Shown here: positions 60,893 through 64,000 of the stretch, one piece after another
How the letters are laid out: each line of letters starts with the position of its first letter
How positions within the stretch are numbered: the first letter of the stretch is position 1
Origin: Octopus vulgaris
Lineage: Eukaryota
Length of the DNA: 64,000 bases
NCBI GenBank assembly: GCA_951406725.2
Contig: OX597822.1
Span: 90,520,001-90,584,000 of the forward strand
Direction: 5' to 3'
The notes under the pieces: model-generated
Database searches by the model: none
Told to the model about the DNA's origin: nothing
What the model saw: the letters and a program-made list of their open reading frames with translations, nothing else
Translations under genes and position numbers: made by a program

Positions 60893-62341
60893 GGTCAATA
60901 TACACGAAAACAAAAGAAAACCAGCCTACTAGATGTAAAAAGAAAATGTGTAGATAAGGAATATGAAAACAAAAATTTGCGCAAATGAACGGGAAGGACT
61001 TTCGGAAAATTCACAAGATCTGATTTTTTTCCCTCATAACTTTCAGGAAAATGGATATATATTGATGAAATTTTATTAAAATACCGTTCAAATGGCACAA
61101 ATTATGATTATAAAGAAATTTCTGGGGAAGATGTTTTCCGAAGGGGTGGGAACAGGATTTCTGAAAATTCACATGATCGTTTTTTTTTTCCCCCCGTCGT
61201 AACATAACTTTCAGGAAAATGGATTTCTTTTGATGAAATTTTACAGAAACACTTTTCAAACAGCATAGATTAAGATTATAAAGAAACTTGTGGAGAAAAT
61301 GTTTACCGAAGGGGTGGAGAGAAGACTGTTGGAAAGTTCACACGATTCGTTTTTTTTTTTTTTTTTTTCCCTCATAACTTTCAGGATCTAGTTTAGCGCC
61401 TGGTCACCAAAACGAAAAACAACCAGTCTAATAGGTGTAAAAAAAAAAGTGTAGAAAACGAATATGAAAACAAAAATTTTTGCAGACGTACATGTACATA
61501 CCTTCATCTTGGTTGGTAATTATTTGATGGCAACGATTCGAGAGAGGAAGGTATAACTTGGCTGCCTCTATGAAGAACTTGTGCAACAGGCTTTCTTCAT
61601 GTTGAGAAGTTATAAATAAATATCTTGCAAGATATTGTTGCAGATGTAAAATTTCATTAAAAGATATCCATTTTCCTGAAAGTTATGAGGGAAAAAATCG
61701 GATTGAGTGAATTTTCCGAAAGTCTTCTCCCCCAACCAATTCCCCTGTTCGTTTGCGCAAATTTTTGTATTCATATTCGTTTCTACACGTTTTTTTATTT
61801 TTTATTTTTACGTTTTGGTGACCAGGCGCTAAACTAGATTCTGAAAGTTATGAGAAAAAAAAAAAACGGATGGTGTGAACTTTCCAACAGTCCTCTCTCC
61901 ACCCCTTCGGAAAAACATTTCCCCCACAAATTTCTTTATAATCGTAATCTATGTTGTTTGAAAGGTTTTTCTGTAAAATTTCATTAAAAGATATCCATTT
62001 TTCTGAAAGTTATGATGGGGGGAAAAATAACAAAAAAAAACGATCGTGTGAATTTTCAGAAATCCTCTCCCCATCCCTTCGGAAAACATCTTCCCCAGAA
62101 ATTTCTTTATAATCATAATTTGTGCCATTTGAACGATATTTTAATAATTTTTCATCAATATATATCCATTTTCCTGAAAATTATGAGGAAAAAATCAGAT
62201 CTTGTGAATTTTCCGAAAGTCCTTTCCGTTCGTTTGCTCAAATGTTTGCTTTCATATTCGTTATCTACACATTTTCTTTTTACATCTAGTAGGCTGGTTT
62301 TCTTTTGTTTTCGTGACCGTTGCTTAAACTGTATATTGACC
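60893..62341. mobile_element. Large modular foldback element (arms ~60893-61483 and ~61757-62341)
   Basis: Arms are reverse complements; ORFs 61011..61259(-) and 62012..62455(+) share HPFGKHLPQKFLYNHNLCHLN. Each arm has ~160-170-bp subrepeats (GAAA.TTCAC at 61005, 61163, 61332). Confidence 0.8.
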
Positions 62342-62495
62342 AGTGTTTTTCAAGAGATGATTGACTTAAATTTTTTCTTTCATTGTCTTACTTGGCTTAA
62401 GAAATTGAATAAAAGTTGTTTTTTCTTTACATATGTGTTATACAATCGTATATAGTGTTCAAGTAATGCACTATCAGTTAATAACTTATTTAAAA

Positions 62496-63133
62496 CTAGC
62501 AGGCCCCATGCCGTCAAAAATGATGGTTAATTGTAGTATTTTATATATAAATATTGATGGTAAATCGAATTAATACACTTGTCAATGTTAACTAGTGATT
62601 GTCTTTTAGAGATATGACATCGATCGTCGTTTGCTACTGAAAGAACGCTGGTTCACATACAAACATTCACATACTTCCCTTGTGTGCACACACACACACA
62701 CACACATGCATACATATACTCACACAGAGCTGAAACGTTGTTTGATTTTTCTTTTCAGCATTGAATGTTCACCATCCCACTTCCACTGCACACGCGCGCG
62801 CGCGCACACACACACACACACATACATACATATACTCACACAGAGCTGAAACGCTGTTTGATTTTTCTTTTCAGCATTGAATGTTCACCATCCCACTTCC
62901 ACTGCCCACACACACACACGCATGCACGCACGCGCACACACACACACACACACACATTCACACACATATACTCACAGAGTTGAAACGCTATTTGATTTTT
63001 TTTTCCACTGTAGAATTTCCATCATCCCATTACCAAGTTTACCATCATTCCTTCCTTCCTTATTCATCTATCACTCCTTCTTTTCTCATTCATATGTTGT
63101 GAGAGAGAAGAACACGAGTATTATTATAGTAGA
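62496..63133 (-). mobile_element. Non-autonomous Helitron-like element with three internal tandem units
   Basis: Minus strand A|TCTACTATAATAA...hairpin (CCATCATTTTTGACGG)...CTAG|T. The internal unit (CA)n-ATACTCACACAGAGCTGAAACG...CCATCCCACTTCCACTG occurs three times at about 62685-63030. Confidence 0.7.
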
Positions 63134-64000
63134 TATTTTAATTTTATCAATTTATTTATCTTAAAGAAATGTAACTGCTTTTCCTTGTGACTTTTCTGTA
63201 TACTGTGTACAATACTAAAACTAATTATAATTCAATATATATTTTGTTACTTTATCGCAGTCTTAATCTCTCTTTCTTTCAAAGGCAACCCTGTGTAGTC
63301 ATTTAATATGCTAGAAATAGCAGGTGTCATGTAGGCACACCAACTGAAATTTTATTTTTTTTTTAGTAGTACAACCTACCTTGCCACGTGCAGCCCACTT
63401 TTTGAAAAAGATTGCTCCTACCTGTTCTACACAGTCCTTTAGTGTGCTAGAAAAGGCAGGGATTACATGGGTATATTCAAATGCCTATAATATACCAAAC
63501 AGCCATACAAACAAATTCACTTCTGATAACTTTTTTTCTCAAATTATGTCAGTGTCTCTGGAAAGTTCCATTTTATGAGAAAATATTCATTTAAAAAATT
63601 CCACAACATAATTTTTTTTTCATGATTGTAATGTACTACATCAAAACATAGGAAACAAAGTCAAGATGCCACTACTTTTTTTTCCCGCATTAAATTCTGA
63701 TATACTCATACTCTAGAAGAATATTTATAAAAGAGATTCATTAAAAACATTTTTTTTTCAGAAAGTTATTAAGAAACAAAGTCAAATCGTGTGAATTATT
63801 CAAAACTCCTCTTCCCCGACACCGAAAACTTTTCCATAATAAATTCCAGTATAATTGGAGTCTTCACTATCTGAAAGGTATTTGTGGAAAATTTCATAAA
63901 AAATATCTCTCTTTCTGAAAGTTAGGAAGAAACAAAATCGATGGAGGTGCACACTTGTGCAGGTTTGCCCATACTCTGGAAAAAGAGAAGGAAATCTGTA

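Noticed and set aside
60721-62455. Paralogous small ORFs on opposite strands
   Set aside because: They are the two arms of the foldback repeat, not genes.

Overview
Eukaryotic, AT-rich and repeat-dense DNA. The SINE, LINE and MITE families look like those of an octopus or other coleoid cephalopod (inference from repeat sequences, not verified). The one supported host gene is translation initiation factor eIF5B on the minus strand. I could splice 13 coding exons by hand, from the ATG at 44215 to exon 13 ending at 2176 (1836 nt, 612 codons), all with GT-AG introns and consistent phases. The model reaches the G1 (GHVDTGKT) and G2 (GEAGGITQ) motifs, and the gene continues off the left edge. Exon 4 carries an in-frame 18-bp (EEVKKS/G) minisatellite. 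The rest is mobile-element debris: several tRNA-derived SINE families; RTE LINE fragments (one with a PHD-like finger inside the RT region); CR1-, R4- and Penelope-like remnants; a Tc1/mariner fragment; a piggyBac family seen as both transposase relics and MITEs; Helitron-like elements; and hAT- and Merlin-like MITEs. There are several long foldback inverted repeats, including a ~1.45 kb modular one near 61-62 kb. Three short local duplications or templated insertions and a possible second promoter near 59.4 kb were also seen. I found no evidence for a novel multi-gene system. The most unusual items are the coding minisatellite, the intronic dsRNA-forming foldbacks, the PHD-in-RT LINE and the templated insertions.
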